The position numbers and the translations under genes are program-made. A DNA stretch of 63,954 nt, counting the filler, from Bigelowiella natans CCMP2755 (lineage: Eukaryota; Protista; Cercozoa): NCBI GenBank assembly GCA_000320545.1. It is 8 parts of 8 records of this genome, joined end to end, with 100 filler letters (N's around TTAATTAATTAA, not from the genome) between each part and the next. Parts side by side here need not be neighbours in the genome. Positions count along the whole stretch, not along the records: positions 29,441 to 38,311 come from ADNK01001898.1; positions 38,412 to 59,236 come from ADNK01001580.1; 6 more parts are not named here. The stretch is one strand, 5' to 3'. A model generated the notes under the pieces. It saw only the letters and a list, made by a program, of their open reading frames with translations. It was not told the DNA's origin and searched no databases. How positions within the stretch are numbered: position 1 is the first letter of the stretch; every line of letters starts with the position of its first letter. Below are positions 36,246 to 49,514 of this stretch, piece by piece.

Positions 36246-37062
36246 TCATTGAATGGAAGTCGACGCTTGCTGTGCTGCCGGATGAGACCTTCTCGGCACC
36301 AGCGCCAAGAGCAGCCACCAAGTCGATGCTGCCATAAACTACATACCACAATAATATCCGCATCTTAGAAACCGCTGTGTTGCGCTGATCTAAAGCACGT
36401 GCTCTGCGCTCCTTTAATTCGTCTGTTTCGAAACAATCAAACATACATACGCGCCTCGCTATCCCCCCACCATATCTGGCGCGCGCGCGCGCGCGTGTGT
36501 GCATGTGTGTATGTATACCTGAATTGTAGCCGTGACAAGAAAGGAAAAACCATATCCATATCGATCTGCAAGGTACCTGAGACATTACACGCATCAAGAA
36601 ATCACCACGACGAGCATCATTAGCGTTGAGAAACAACTGCCGCTGGTTGTCGTTTCCAGGTAATATCGATATATCTTTCATCTTTCATCAGGTGTATGTG
36701 TATGCGTATGTGTGTGTGTGTGTGTGTGAGTAAGTGAGAGAGAGAGAGAGAGAGTGAGAGAGAGAGAGTGAGAGAGAAAGAGTGAAACGTCTCCTCGCGG
36801 CGGCCGTTGGCCAAGTGAGAAGACATGATTAGCAATTTGATTTGGGGGGCATGATTTAGCGCTAATATCGTCCATGACCTACCCGCCAATAAGCGCGCTG
36901 CCGCTCCATCCGAAACGGGTGACGCTGTCAAATCACAAAATCAACCGATACATACGACGTATGATTTCTCACGTCGAGGAGAACTAGACAACCGTGGAGA
37001 TAAACAATTCAAACACACACACACACACACACACACACGCATGCACACACGCACACACACAC

Positions 37063-37100
<38 letters not shown>

Positions 37101-37974
37101 AGAGAGAGAGGCAGGGGGGAGGGCGGGGGAGGGGGGAGAGCCAGAGATAACTCAACCCAAAAGTGACAACCCACAAAACGAAATCCTATTAAAGCGTGAA
37201 TGAAACATGAAAGGATGCTATCGCCGCAACGAGCCTACAAAGCTGCTACAACACGGGCGTCTGCCAAGATCCGACAGACACCGCGCTGTACCTATCGATG
37301 CTGTTCCACCGCCCCCGCGATTTCTTCGGGACGAAGTTCATCAAGATGCTCTTTCTGCGGGGAGAGGGCAATGCAGCAAGCGGCGGGCTGCGCTTTAGAG
37401 AAACACTTGCAATGGCATGCCCCGATGCGACGTCGCAGGGGTGCAAGACCCGCCCGGACCCCACGTCGCTCTCCCCCCCTCTAATTCCCCGCGACCGCAG
37501 CGCAATCTCTCTGTACCTCAACGGGTAGTTGCAGTTCATGATCGCCGTGCGAGCGACGTATATCGGACAGATGATGTACCACGTTTGCCTGTTTCCCACA
37601 CGCAGCACAACCCAGTCAAACCGACTCGCAAGAGTAAGGGAGAGGAGGCGTATGATAGCCCTCCGAAGGGACTGCAGCAGGAGACCTCTAGATCACAGAG
37701 AGGCTCTTTATTTTTCTAAGCATGACAGTGATAGAGAAGGACCGCTCACGGCAGGTTCTAGCCTATCCGTGCGGCGTGGAGGGCACTTACCATACAGAGC
37801 GAAGGACGCTCATCAGCACCAGGCAGGAGATCCCGATGTAGCTTGTGATGATACATATCTACTCGCGGAATAGGAAAAATGTGACAAGGCCAGCCGGCAG
37901 ATTACGTGTGGGGCGAGGAGAAAATAAACGACACACGCACACACGCTCTCTCTCACACACATTCACATTCACAA

Positions 37975-38036
<62 letters not shown>

Positions 38037-38311
38037 CACACACACACACACACACAAACATATGATTTTATAATATAAACTATTTAATAATATGGGGAAC
38101 CTGAACCCGGCTCATACACCCAGTGACGGGGTCTGAAATGTACTGCGCCAGCTTTGAGCAAGCGCTGCGTGGTAGTGTCACAACACAAACAACAATGAAA
38201 GACTGGCCGATGTTCATCATAAGAACGAGTCTTTCTCGAAATATGTATATGTAACGTGTGGTGTAGCTCATTATAGGAACGAGGGAGACGACGAGGAGAG
38301 AGCGAGAGATG
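36246..38311 (-). CDS. Major facilitator superfamily transporter, C-terminal half (5' truncated)
   Basis: Spliced: WYIICPIYVARTAIMNCNYPLR|KSILMNFVPKKSRGRWNSIDS|VTRFGWSGSALIGG|YLADRYGYGFSFLVTATIQ|FMAASTWWLLLALVP...*. Contains the MFS G-x-L-A-D-R-x-G motif. Confidence 0.85.
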
Positions 38312-38411
38312 NNNNNNNNNNNNNNNNNNNNNNNNNNNNNNNNNNNNNNNNNNNNTTAATTAATTAANNNNNNNNNNNNNNNNNNNNNNNNNNNNNNNNN
38401 NNNNNNNNNNN
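38312..38411. other. Artificial contig spacer
   Basis: N44-TTAATTAATTAA-N44. Confidence 0.98.
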
Positions 38412-39516
38412 CTCGGTGCACCTGCTATCCTCCCTCTCTCCTCCCCCCCCTCTCTTCCTCTCTACACTATATATATATATATATATATATATAAATATAT
38501 TGATATATACAATAAAAATATCTCATTTCTGTATGCCAAGATGCTTATGTTTATGCGTGTTTATATGCGTGCGTATGTGCGTGTGTGTGGAACATAATGC
38601 CCTTTTCATACCCCAGCAATAGCCCTCTCACGGTCCTCATCTTGCTTTCTTAGAGCAGCAGCGAGGTGGTATTCTCCATCTCCGTTGGTGCTGCGCCTCC
38701 TTTGCTTGTGGCGTCGTCTCCGATTGTTATTGCTAGTCGTAGACTAAATTTTGCGTCGGGCATGCGGGTATGATACAACCACGCCACGAAACCGCAAGAA
38801 AATAATTATTACTCACATGAAAACCAAACACGTATAAAAACTGTATGGATTCGCGTGTATGTGTTTTTTTTCCATCGATATTAATATATGACTACTCGCG
38901 AAGAGTCTGAGCGCAGTTCTCGTGGAACTTGGAGCTGCCTGATAGGCCTGTTTGACACGTGTATTGTACAGTGTTAATCAGTCGAGCAGTGGCTGTCGCA
39001 GCATGGAAGCATGTCCTCAAAACGCAAACAAACACGATTTGTTATTAAATATAAATATAATAACATATATATATATATATACTATACTATACTATACTAA
39101 ATACGAATGTAAATAAACTACTCACATAATATTTACACGTAAAATACAGATCACTCATGCATATTGTGATGTATGAAACCAAAACGAGCACCTAGTCGTG
39201 GACTTATCAAATCGTTGGACCTGCGTATTAGGCAAAATGATTACGATTAAGCTTGCAGTATACCATGCTCTGTGATGATATACATGGCAGTTTATTGCAC
39301 ACGCAAAGAAGGCTTTTCCGAGCCAAACATTTTGCGTACTTGCTTTCGCTTGCGCTTATTGAAATATAGCACTTCAATCCATTCTTCTCCCATCTCGATA
39401 GTAATGCCTGCAAATGGTATGTGCGTGTGCCTGTGCGTGTGCGTGTGTGTGTGTGTGTGTGTATGTATAGTGAAGAAGATGCGGTGATTGAGTTATGGTA
39501 ACAATGTCATTAGGAA

Positions 39517-39555
<39 letters not shown>

Positions 39556-39680
39556 CCCCACTACCTCTCTATCTGTACATATGCGCGCGTGTGTGTGTGT
39601 GTGTGTGTGTGTTGTGTGTGTTGTGTGGCAAACTTATGAATCGACGTATATGTACGAAAGAAAACGCAATCCAAGTATAA

Positions 39681-39728
<48 letters not shown>

Positions 39729-40343
39729 AATATCAACAATACTCTTGATAACTCCCCGAACCCAACGACTTGAGCTTTGCGAATATATTTCAATCTAAGA
39801 ACGAAAGGCACACGGAGGAGAAGCAACACGACGCCGCACGCCCAAAAGTCAAACCTTCCACTTCGGGAGAGTCTTCAAAAGCAAACAGATAGCTCAAATT
39901 CGTGCAATATCACGAGGTGAATAGCCGTGATCATGGCTCTATGGCCGATGCCATTGCAAAACGGCAATTCTCCCCATTTAGGTAGTCTAGAAGTGAAAAG
40001 AGCAATTGGCTCTATGTGCTATTCTAGCTAAGGCAGCAGCGCCTACCTCGTCCCCTTCTTTCCAGTTTTGACGAATAATCTTCTCCATTTCCTCGCTTCG
40101 CGTGATTGCATCGTCCTCGGCGCCCACGTTACCGTCCTGGAGAGTATGGGGAGAAGGGGGGAAATCCAAAACAAAAGACCCCAGTGAAACACTCTGATAC
40201 ACAGCCCGGTATTCACTCGAAACCGTTTGAGGGGAAAGCTTCTAATTGGCTCAAATGTGCCTGATCATGCGATTTGGACATAACGCACGTGTGTCGTATA
40301 TAAATAGATAAATATATAATGTAAATAAATAAATATAGATATT

Positions 40344-40385
<42 letters not shown>

Positions 40386-40388
40386 TTT

Positions 40389-40421
<33 letters not shown>

Positions 40422-41012
40422 GATATGTGTCTAGCAGCACGTTTTTGACTAGATCTTCCAACATATCTTGGAACTAAAGCAAACACACAAAACACAACAG
40501 AAAAAACAAGAATGGTGATGATGACAATGATGTTTACGGTGATGATGACGATGGTGATAACAATAACGGCGGCAAAGAGGCGAGATCTATTAACATAGGA
40601 TCGAAGATCCGCTATGAAGGCTCGTATACTGCTTTGCTGTGGGAAGGGGGAAACTTACCACTGAGCATTGAAAAAGGCTAATACAAATCCAAAGCAAAAA
40701 ATGTGAAAGGCAACCTGCTTCTCTCGGTTCCGTCGCGACGAAGCTATCGATTTGCGTAGATCTGAAAAGCAGCAATGTCCACCAAATTGCAAACGAGCGG
40801 CTTTCTCAAAGCACACAACACTCTAACATGCCATACAAACCAAGAGCCTTATTTGCTAAGATAATACCGTTGTCCTCGAGCTCCGGAGATAACAACTGCG
40901 GCGGCGATAACGGAAGAGAATTTGAATCTGGAGAATACAGTGGAGGGGAGAGGAGGGAAGTGTCAAAGCGTTAGAATCGTAATTACGCTTCATTTGTATA
41001 ACATAACATAAC

Positions 41013-41093
<81 letters not shown>

Positions 41094-41382
41094 TTTTTTG
41101 TATGATCTAGTTAACTGAAACCTCTCCGCGACGAAGACCGAGAGTGGTACTGAAACTTGCCTCGAGACGTGCTGACGCTACCAGAACGCGACCGTCCGCT
41201 GCCGGTCCTCGTGCCGCTGTTTGGGGAGCTTACATGCGAACTATATCCATGCCGAAAATGCCCAAGTTTCATTCAAGAAATTGCGATAATTGATATGCAA
41301 ATCTACTGGCATTAGAATCGTGCAATGTATATATTCGTACTGGGGACTGATAGTCGCCATGTCAAACACCACAGCTACGATT

Positions 41383-41414
<32 letters not shown>

Positions 41415-41849
41415 TATCATCATTATAATCATCCTCACCATCGTCGTTATCGTTGTCATCATCAACCACCACCATGCATAGCATCATCATCATCGGATCT
41501 ACGTGTCACAGTACCCTAACGACCCCAAACTGCCGCTCCCTCCACTCTGCACGCTGCTGACTTCGTATGACCCCCCTCTTTGCCTATTGCTGCTAATCCC
41601 AGGGTTCTTTCCATTATCCCTTCCCAGCTTCCCCTGTATTCGGCCCTTTCTCTCCTTCCGAAGTAATTCGTTTGCATTGAGCATATCCGAGGTGTCAGAG
41701 TCTTTTTCTTCGCAGTCTTCTCTATCCCCAGCACCAGCACCAGCACCAGCAGAAGCAGCTGCATTAGCGCTTTTCTTTGCCTCGCCGGCGCTAACTGCGA
41801 AGCGGTTTATTTTGGGGGCAGGGTAGGATGTGAGTCGTATTGCCTTCAT
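38412..41849 (-). CDS. Multi-exon protein with a low-complexity N-terminus and a small SH3/Tudor-like beta domain (3' truncated)
   Basis: Starts MKAIRLTSYPAPK. Spliced domain RQNWKEGDE|IEIYSQSSSRWVRGVIKS|ITIEMGEEWIEVLYFNKRKRKQ|VQRFDKSTTR|P; all phases are compatible. Confidence 0.65.
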
Positions 41850-41958
41850 TTTTTACCTCCCAAAAACGTACAACGGGTAGATCAAGTACCACCGACACAT
41901 GTAAAAGCAACGCAAGGTGATCGAGAGTGTGTTTCGGAATAACCCGACATATTTGGCC

Positions 41959-41998
<40 letters not shown>

Positions 41999-42130
41999 TA
42001 ATTATTTATTCCTTTTTTCAAATTTTGCTGGACGAAACACCGATTATTCAGTGGTAAATCGAGGAGGAAGTCACTGCTTGCCCCCCCCCCCCATTTCCAC
42101 GAAACCCCAGATCCAACGCTCGACAGCCTA

Positions 42131-42307
42131 CTAGCCCCGTCGGCTATCTACCTTTGTGCTTCGATGGGGACCTATGCGCTTGTTTGGCTTGACTTTTGCT
42201 ATAAGACAATAGTAGCAGCAGCTGTTTAGCTTGACAGTGCTACAAAATGCAAGGGAGGATAGCTGTCGTTGTCTTCTCTCTCTCTCTCTCTTTCTCTCTC
42301 CCTTTTC

Positions 42308-42352
<45 letters not shown>

Positions 42353-42357
42353 CCTCT

Positions 42358-42394
<37 letters not shown>

Positions 42395-43005
42395 CATGCG
42401 CTCCATGACTCGGTGTGAGAAAGAAGAGAAAACCACCTGTCTGTATTGCTACTGCCAACAGAGGTCACTGCGGTGCCGTTCACTCGAAGAGAGTCCACTC
42501 GCAGATCGATCAGATCTTGGCTGAGGCCCTCAATTGCGCCCAAACTAGTATATTTCCCTGAGTCGATGTACTCGTCCAACCTATTTGTGCATGCGTGCCA
42601 ATCAACCCATAGAAGGAGCGATGTTTTGTGAAATTACGAGCAGGTTCTAATCTTCATAGATAGAGAAAGAAATGGCAGTATTGAGTAGAGGGGCGAGGCG
42701 ACTGCCATTGGGTATGCAGGGAGCTGTCCTTATTATAGACCCAAACGTGTCATCAGTATTTCGAGCTTTAGTATGCTAGACTCGGCGTTAGAGAACGAGG
42801 TAGTTATGTACATATAGAAAGAGAGAGAGAAAACAGAAAAGGATTTAGCACTGCGACCGTTTAATCAAATGCCTCCGGAAGTGATTACGCAAACTCTGCC
42901 AAGTACGTGGAGGATCTAAGAGAGATGTCTTTGACAACTCCACCCATAGGTGGGTTCCTGCGCAGCGCGACGAAGAAGAATCAGGAGGGGGACAGAGAGG
43001 GAGAA

Positions 43006-43041
<36 letters not shown>

Positions 43042-43422
43042 TGAGAGAGAGTATACACGACGTGATAAGAGGAGAGGCGAGGAGGCTAACACGTTTTGTT
43101 CTTGTTTTGCAAGGGGAAATTGTAACACTAAAGACCTCTCTATTATGTACTCACAAAAGCATATATAAGCCGGAGTAGCAAGCAAGATTTTGAGTTATTC
43201 TGATCGTTGTGACTTCAATTTTTTTGTTTTTAAAGCACAGCGCTACCCCCGAACCTCCTCCCTGTTATGCGCTATCATCACCATTTACCCCGAAATAAAC
43301 ATCGTGTGTGTGTGTGCTGTTTATGCTTAACGTACCAAACAAGGGCACTGTGTAGCTTCGGTTGGGCAGTCGATACGACATTAGGAATCTGACAATTTCA
43401 TTGTATATTATATACTACATTG

Positions 43423-43466
<44 letters not shown>

Positions 43467-44332
43467 ATGTCCATATGTAAACGAAGGTGTGTGCTGCTGA
43501 AAATTTAGGTCTATCACAACAGCAAATAGTCGTTTCCTTGCGCTCTGCGGTTTTTCGCGTTGGTAGACGAGAAATCAAACCAAAAAACCTTGCTATTTTA
43601 ATCTCATCCTCCTCAGTGTAGCTCTTTCTCTTGCTTCTTGCAGACTTGTTCGTTCCGGAGGGGGGGGGGCGAGTGGAGGTGCCATTGTTATTTCTTCGAT
43701 CCTTATTCTCATTATCATTAGCGTTTTCGAGGCGAGCCGCTGCTGCCGATCCTTTTGTATAGTCCCCGCTCTCTTCTGCCTCCTCCTCCTCGTCCTCCTT
43801 TGCTTCCCCCTGCCCTTCCTCTTCCTCGTCATCATCAACGTCGTCCAATTCAATCGCCCCGTGTTTCATTTCAACCTTCACCCCCCCCCGTCCTTTCTTG
43901 GATTCGCCTCCATTGTCCGCATTGTCCCCCCCTCGGTTGCTCGTCGTGGGCGGTACCTGCCGCTTAGACGCAAGCCGCTGAGGAGTCGGGGCGGTGAGGT
44001 TCAGAGTAGATGCTGCTATTGTAGTTGTCACAGGAAACCCGTTCTCCTCGTTTCCCGCGTTCTGGCTTGCATCATTCCCAGCTCCAAGCCTTATTAGCCT
44101 TTGATAACGAGACCTGACGTTGTCACGATGGATGATGTGTTTAGGCGCATACACGCGCGCGCGCGGACAGAATGCGAATACAAATCGAAATAAGTGACGA
44201 CGACTTGAGTGATTTCCATGTCCTGTTGAGTTTCCCCGAGGCCTCAAGTTGGCACCAGAGGGTCTTTCCTTGCGGGGATTGCGCAGGACTTCCATGGAAC
44301 TTCGCCCATTGCTATTTTGTTTCGTTGCAAAC

Positions 44333-44418
<86 letters not shown>

Positions 44419-44419
44419 T

Positions 44420-44470
<51 letters not shown>

Positions 44471-44907
44471 CAAATTTGTCTGTGTATGTATGCATGTGTA
44501 GTTGGTACACTGAAACATTGCTCTAAATCTCTGTCACATAGCTCTGCTATGAAAGCTCTTCCCAAATCTCGGTTATTTAACGATAAAGTTTTGAATTGTA
44601 GGAAGAGTATTTTTGAGATAGGTACATGAATGATTGTGTCCTCTTCTTGTGTATATGCTGTGCGAGCGCTACTAGCGCGTAAGTTTGCACGCTTCCTTCC
44701 AGGCATCGCCCCCAGCGCCATCATCAACACTCCAACCTTTCCAGGAAATGCACATAAGCTATCTTAGCTGACCGTTAAATTCCGACAGGGGTGGTGATGG
44801 GTGAGAGAGTTATCAAAGTTGATTCTATTGACCAGTAAAAGCTGGTAAAGAGATTGGTTTCGACGCCGAATCCTTATAAACCGAGATTCCTCAGTGACCA
44901 GCTTCAT
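42131..44907 (-). CDS. Rap1/TERF2IP-type Myb-domain protein with an N-terminal signal-peptide-like leader (3' end approximate)
   Basis: Exon 1 (44833-44907) MKLVTEESRFIRIRRRNQSLYQLLL|VGVLMMALGAMP. Myb spliced from exons ending 43589, 43336-43388, 42858-42957 and starting 42580: RKSYTEEDEIKIARFLMSYRLPNRSYTVPLFGTHLWVELSKTSLLDPPRTWQSLRNHFRRHLIKRLDEY. Confidence 0.7.
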
Positions 44908-45563
44908 CGAGGCGGACGTGGGGGGGGGGGGAGATAAACCCCCGGCACCTCAATTTTGGAGAAAGACTAAGACGGAAGTGTGGATTTCGGAAGTTTTAGA
45001 CAAATATCTTTGGTAGTCATCTCGATATTGAATTGGTTCCAAAAAGACGTCGATTATTCCATTCAGTAACATCCTGGATCTATTGAATTTTTTTTGGTAT
45101 GGTTTTATAGAACTTTTCCGGTTGATATTTGCAATATCATCACCCTTCTAGAAACAACAATCGGATAACAACAGATCTACTTGATACTCATAATACAAAT
45201 TTAATCACATGGAGAAGTTTATAATTTTACCCTATAATTACCTAAATATCAACATTTTTAAAAAACAATAATTCCTATCCTCCGACAAAATATAGCAGCA
45301 TCTGCTTGGCAAAAATGATGATTCGTCGCACAAATATCCTATGTAAATCTTCAACCTGAAATATTAGAGTCGAGGATAAAAAGTAGATTTCAACGTAGGC
45401 GAATTATTTGAAAATCCATGACAATTTATTATAACGACTATAAAAATATAATAGAAGAATGGGTAAAAGCATTAAATTGCACCGTGTAAATTGTAGAAGA
45501 AAGGCTGATTTGACGAGACACGTGGCACCTCAGATACCCCTCCCCACTCGGAAAGTATAGAGG

Positions 45564-46842
45564 ATGCCGTCTTCGTCGTCGAGTGGACCTATGGCAGCAA
45601 TTACCACCGCATTCCTGCTAGCGGTTGCTACAAGCATCGATAACTTTGTGAGTCTCTTCCTCTATTGCGTCGGAAAAAGATGGCTATTAAACCTTACCAA
45701 TGGCAGATTATCGGTATCTCGTATGGTGCCAGGGGGCGCTTATTCTCGCATTTCCAGGTTCTTTTGATGACATCTATTGTCGATTTCGTTTACCGTATCA
45801 CTACGATGCAAGGAATACTAGAAGCTAAATGTGGGCCCGCGATTGCCTTTCTGCACACAATATCCCGGCGTGGGCGTGTATGCTCGTGCGCACAGGCTAC
45901 ATAGCGTTCCTTGAGTAGGAATATGGATCGTGGCCTGGGTTTATGAGTTTCCACTTCGTGCTGTGCTACCTTCAGAATGCTATAATCGCTGTAACAAACG
46001 CGCTCGGCACGATGTTCTCCATGTCAGCAGGTATTTAGAGGACAACTGCTAGTTAGCGGAAAGCTCGATGTCGCAGTGTCGTTGGGGGTTTGATTGCTAA
46101 TAGCCAGCCGTGTTTTTCACATATACAAAAATATTCATGGGCTACCCATGCGCGGGGACTAGATGCGTACGTAAAAAGTATTCGTGTTCGTAGCGTCCGG
46201 TTAGTATTATTCGTGTTTATGCTCCAGGGGAACTAACCCGCAGCTACATACCTGAATGGGTTGCGCAGGTATGTCCATCAATCACCGCAAAACACGCCAC
46301 CAACTCTTTAGAATACTTAACACTACCATTTATGGCATAGCCAAACCAGCAAGTAATGCCGCGCTTGTGTTTTCTCTTTGGAAGTTGGGACGCTTTGGGT
46401 CAACTATCTTCCTTTTTTCCCCGGATTACATCCATCCACATGCCGCGCCGTATTTCGAGCATTGAACTTAAATATGTGCTCGGAAACGCGGGTTAGTGTT
46501 GCTCTTATCTTTGCATCTTACGCGCTGATTGTTTTTGGCTAGAACCTAGCTGGAATTCTGTTTATCGTCATAGGCTTGGACACCTTACGACAGGTCCTGC
46601 TCCGTGCATATATAACTTCTGATTCTTAGCACAATGGAAGTAGGGTGGAGATTCGTGAGGCGAGCGATTGCTAGTAGTGATGTGTGTTATCAGCATATAT
46701 AATCGCTAGATGTGCTGCGGTGCTGTGGTAGACTCCTTTTGGAATGAAGCTCTTTGCTAAGCGAAATGCGAGTTCCGAGGAGCTCAAGATTATAACTGTC
46801 ATGCCATCTTTAGGTATATACACACACATACGCAAACACCCC

Positions 46843-46887
<45 letters not shown>

Positions 46888-47451
46888 CTTCCTAGAATAA
46901 GGCAAATGCATGTAGCTACGCATTGCACACAGGAAAGGTCACATAAAACAGCAAGATTCCTCACTTCAATCATCTGAAAAATGCGCTGCTCAGTTATGGC
47001 ATGGATAATTGCGTATCATATCACCATGCAATATACATTTATCGTTCTTCGGCGCGTGTTTATTTCCTCACGAGTCTCTCGGTCATCATCCTGCCATCAG
47101 GCGCTAATAATCGTGACATCAACTCCATCGAGAATGGCGTTTTTAACGAATCGAAACACGACGACGACAGCAACGCTAAGGCCAAAAAGTACGCGAGCTT
47201 TGACCACCGGAATCGTCCTCTTTCCGAGACGATATCGATCGCGTTGGGACTTACCTTCAGCAACTTAGCAGGAGGTGAGGAAGACTTAGTAAATGAGAGA
47301 GAAAAATGCCATAGTCGCAGAGACTCTGTTTCTTGTGGAAAGCAACATCAAGAATCAGCGCCAATACATCGCCTCGCATGAAGCTTGACGCATGGATTAG
47401 AATGAATTCATCCTATTGAGAAAGTGACTCAACCAACACAAAATAGATATA

Positions 47452-47491
<40 letters not shown>

Positions 47492-47753
47492 TGTGCGGGA
47501 AAATTTTCACTAGAGCAGACTTCCTAACTTTGGTGCGCGATTATTTTATGGCCGTGCCAAGCCAATAAACACAAGCAGCAATACCAGCACGAACCTGTAT
47601 TTGTATTTCTCGCTCAATCCTCCCCTTCCCTATCTAAAGTATTTACGGCGCATCACTTTCTCAGGGGTAGGAGCTGGGTTGGCTGATCTTGACATTACGC
47701 TGGTAAGTGAGTGACGTGACACGGAAAGTGTTCTCTCTCTATAAAATAAATAT

Positions 47754-47800
<47 letters not shown>

Positions 47801-48431
47801 CAAGTTCATTCCGAAATTCTGCTTACCGAAGCATAGTCGCTCGCCTATGCTTTGTGCTGTGTTGCACAGCTCGTCCATTTCCCAAACACACCACGGTAGA
47901 TGCATATTTTTTGAAAGCGGCGTAGACCTAAGAGAGCTTCATATGGACTTTTTGCACTTGCCATTTTAATGCACGCACGGATTCGCGCTGGAAACAGTCT
48001 AAGTTTCGAGGAGGTAAGTTCCTTATTCGTGTGTTTTCTCAAAGGTGACAGTTCTGGCTCTTCTCGCTAATTTTGTGCTCATGGACCTTGGAGAGAGAAT
48101 AGGGATGTCCATGAGGTTGCAAGCCCCAATTCGAACAAACGAGAGAATGGCCATTTGGCCCGTCGTGAGACTGAAATTCGTAGGGTTATTTCCCTGTGTA
48201 GTCGATACTTTTATGAATTAATGCATCTTCTTTTTATGATTGCTTGTGGATGCTGACTGCTGTAGATCGTGTACGAGAATCCGTTGAGTTATAATTGTTT
48301 CACTAAGTTGACGTGCGTGCTTTTGCATCTTATCCATTGTGCGAAGGGGTTCTTTGCCAACCACGCCAATGTTAGTTGCCTCAGGCCTTCTGTTGGTGGT
48401 AATGGGCTTGATGCAGATCGCATTTGGTTAA
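45564..48431 (+). CDS. MntP/YtaF family (manganese-efflux-type, DUF204) membrane protein, multi-exon
   Basis: Spliced: AFLLAVATSIDNF|IIGISYGARGRLFSHFQ|NAIIAVTNALGTMFSMSA|GELTRSYIPEW..NLAGILFIVIGLDTL..ETISIALGLTFSNLAGG|VGAGLADL...MLVASGLLLVVMGLMQIAFG*. Shows the two-repeat S-x-D-x-F-x-x-G-x-S-Y-G architecture. Confidence 0.75.
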
Positions 48432-48469
48432 AGACAATGTGAAATTTGTACAGATTATTATATGAGACA

Positions 48470-49260
48470 CGTGTGGACTCATGTGCATGCTAGCATGGGC
48501 ATGTGTGCTCACTTACTGAGACTGTTGTTATTATTGCTTAACTCGCAAGCTAATGTGCATGGTGCAGGAATTTAGTTGACATTTAATGATGCCGAATTTT
48601 GCACTTGTTGTTCATGTGCGTCATTGTTGCATGAGTATGACGCAGCTAGAGAGTGGGAAAGGAAGCTCACTTGTGTCTAGCCACAGCTACGTGCACGCAC
48701 AGCGTGGGCATTTCACAAGCACTCGCCATGCGCATGTGCGCTGTGCATTGTGCACTGCCCATGCACATGCACATGCATGCTAGCATGCCTAGATGCGCGC
48801 AATTTGCACAACTGCAACATGAGCACCTTTTTCTGTGCACCCGACTTGTCTAGCTAGCTAGGTGCTTTGTGAACGATCACTCGATCGGCCATGCTCTGCA
48901 CATGCGCATCAAATGACCCCCCTCCACTTGGTTGTCTGTTTCGGGTGCAAGCAGAACTAGAGAATGGCCACGATCGATGCGAAAAATGACAATTGAAACA
49001 TTGAAACTGCTGATGCCGAGAGCAAAAGAACAGTTGCGATTGTGCGAGGTGAAGTGAACAAACAGACTTGATGATGGACCACGTTTCCAAAACGTCATTG
49101 CAAGACGTTTGCAAAGTACCAAACGCAGCTCCTCAAACTAGCTTTGGTGAGAACTTGATCGCCATGCCAACACGGTCACAAAACAGAGGACGCTGCATCT
49201 GTGTCTGCACTGCAAGTCTGGCATGCACCGGGCTTGTCCCCTGTCATGCACGGACCAAAT
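48470..49260. other. CTAG/CATG/TGCA island downstream of the MntP-like gene
   Basis: gcatgctagcatg (twice), gtctagctagctagg, long tgca/catg chains. Confidence 0.75.
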
Positions 49261-49514
49261 AGAAAGCGCATGTAGGATGAAAAATGCGCTGGAAATTACT
49301 AACTCAGAATCACACTGAGCATTGAAAATTCTAGGTGAGAACATTTAAACCTCTTTTATCTATTTCAGGGAAAAAAAGTAGGATGTTTTCAGGTTAAATC
49401 GTCTGTTTTCTTGAAAACGAGCAAATTTCGAGGAAGGTAACGTTCATACCCCCCCCCGCGCCGAGAGCGAGTAGACCAAAGCACCCTTCCCAAAGCGATT
49501 TTTCTTCATCAGAG

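Noticed and set aside
39800-39870. DFWACGVV on the minus strand as kinase subdomain IX
   Set aside because: Lies in an intron just upstream of the IEIYSQ exon acceptor; no other kinase motifs nearby.
43408-44730. 440-aa single-exon ORF
   Set aside because: Reads through (CT)n/(CA)n/(TA)n intron sequence and past the donor at 43588; the real gene is spliced.
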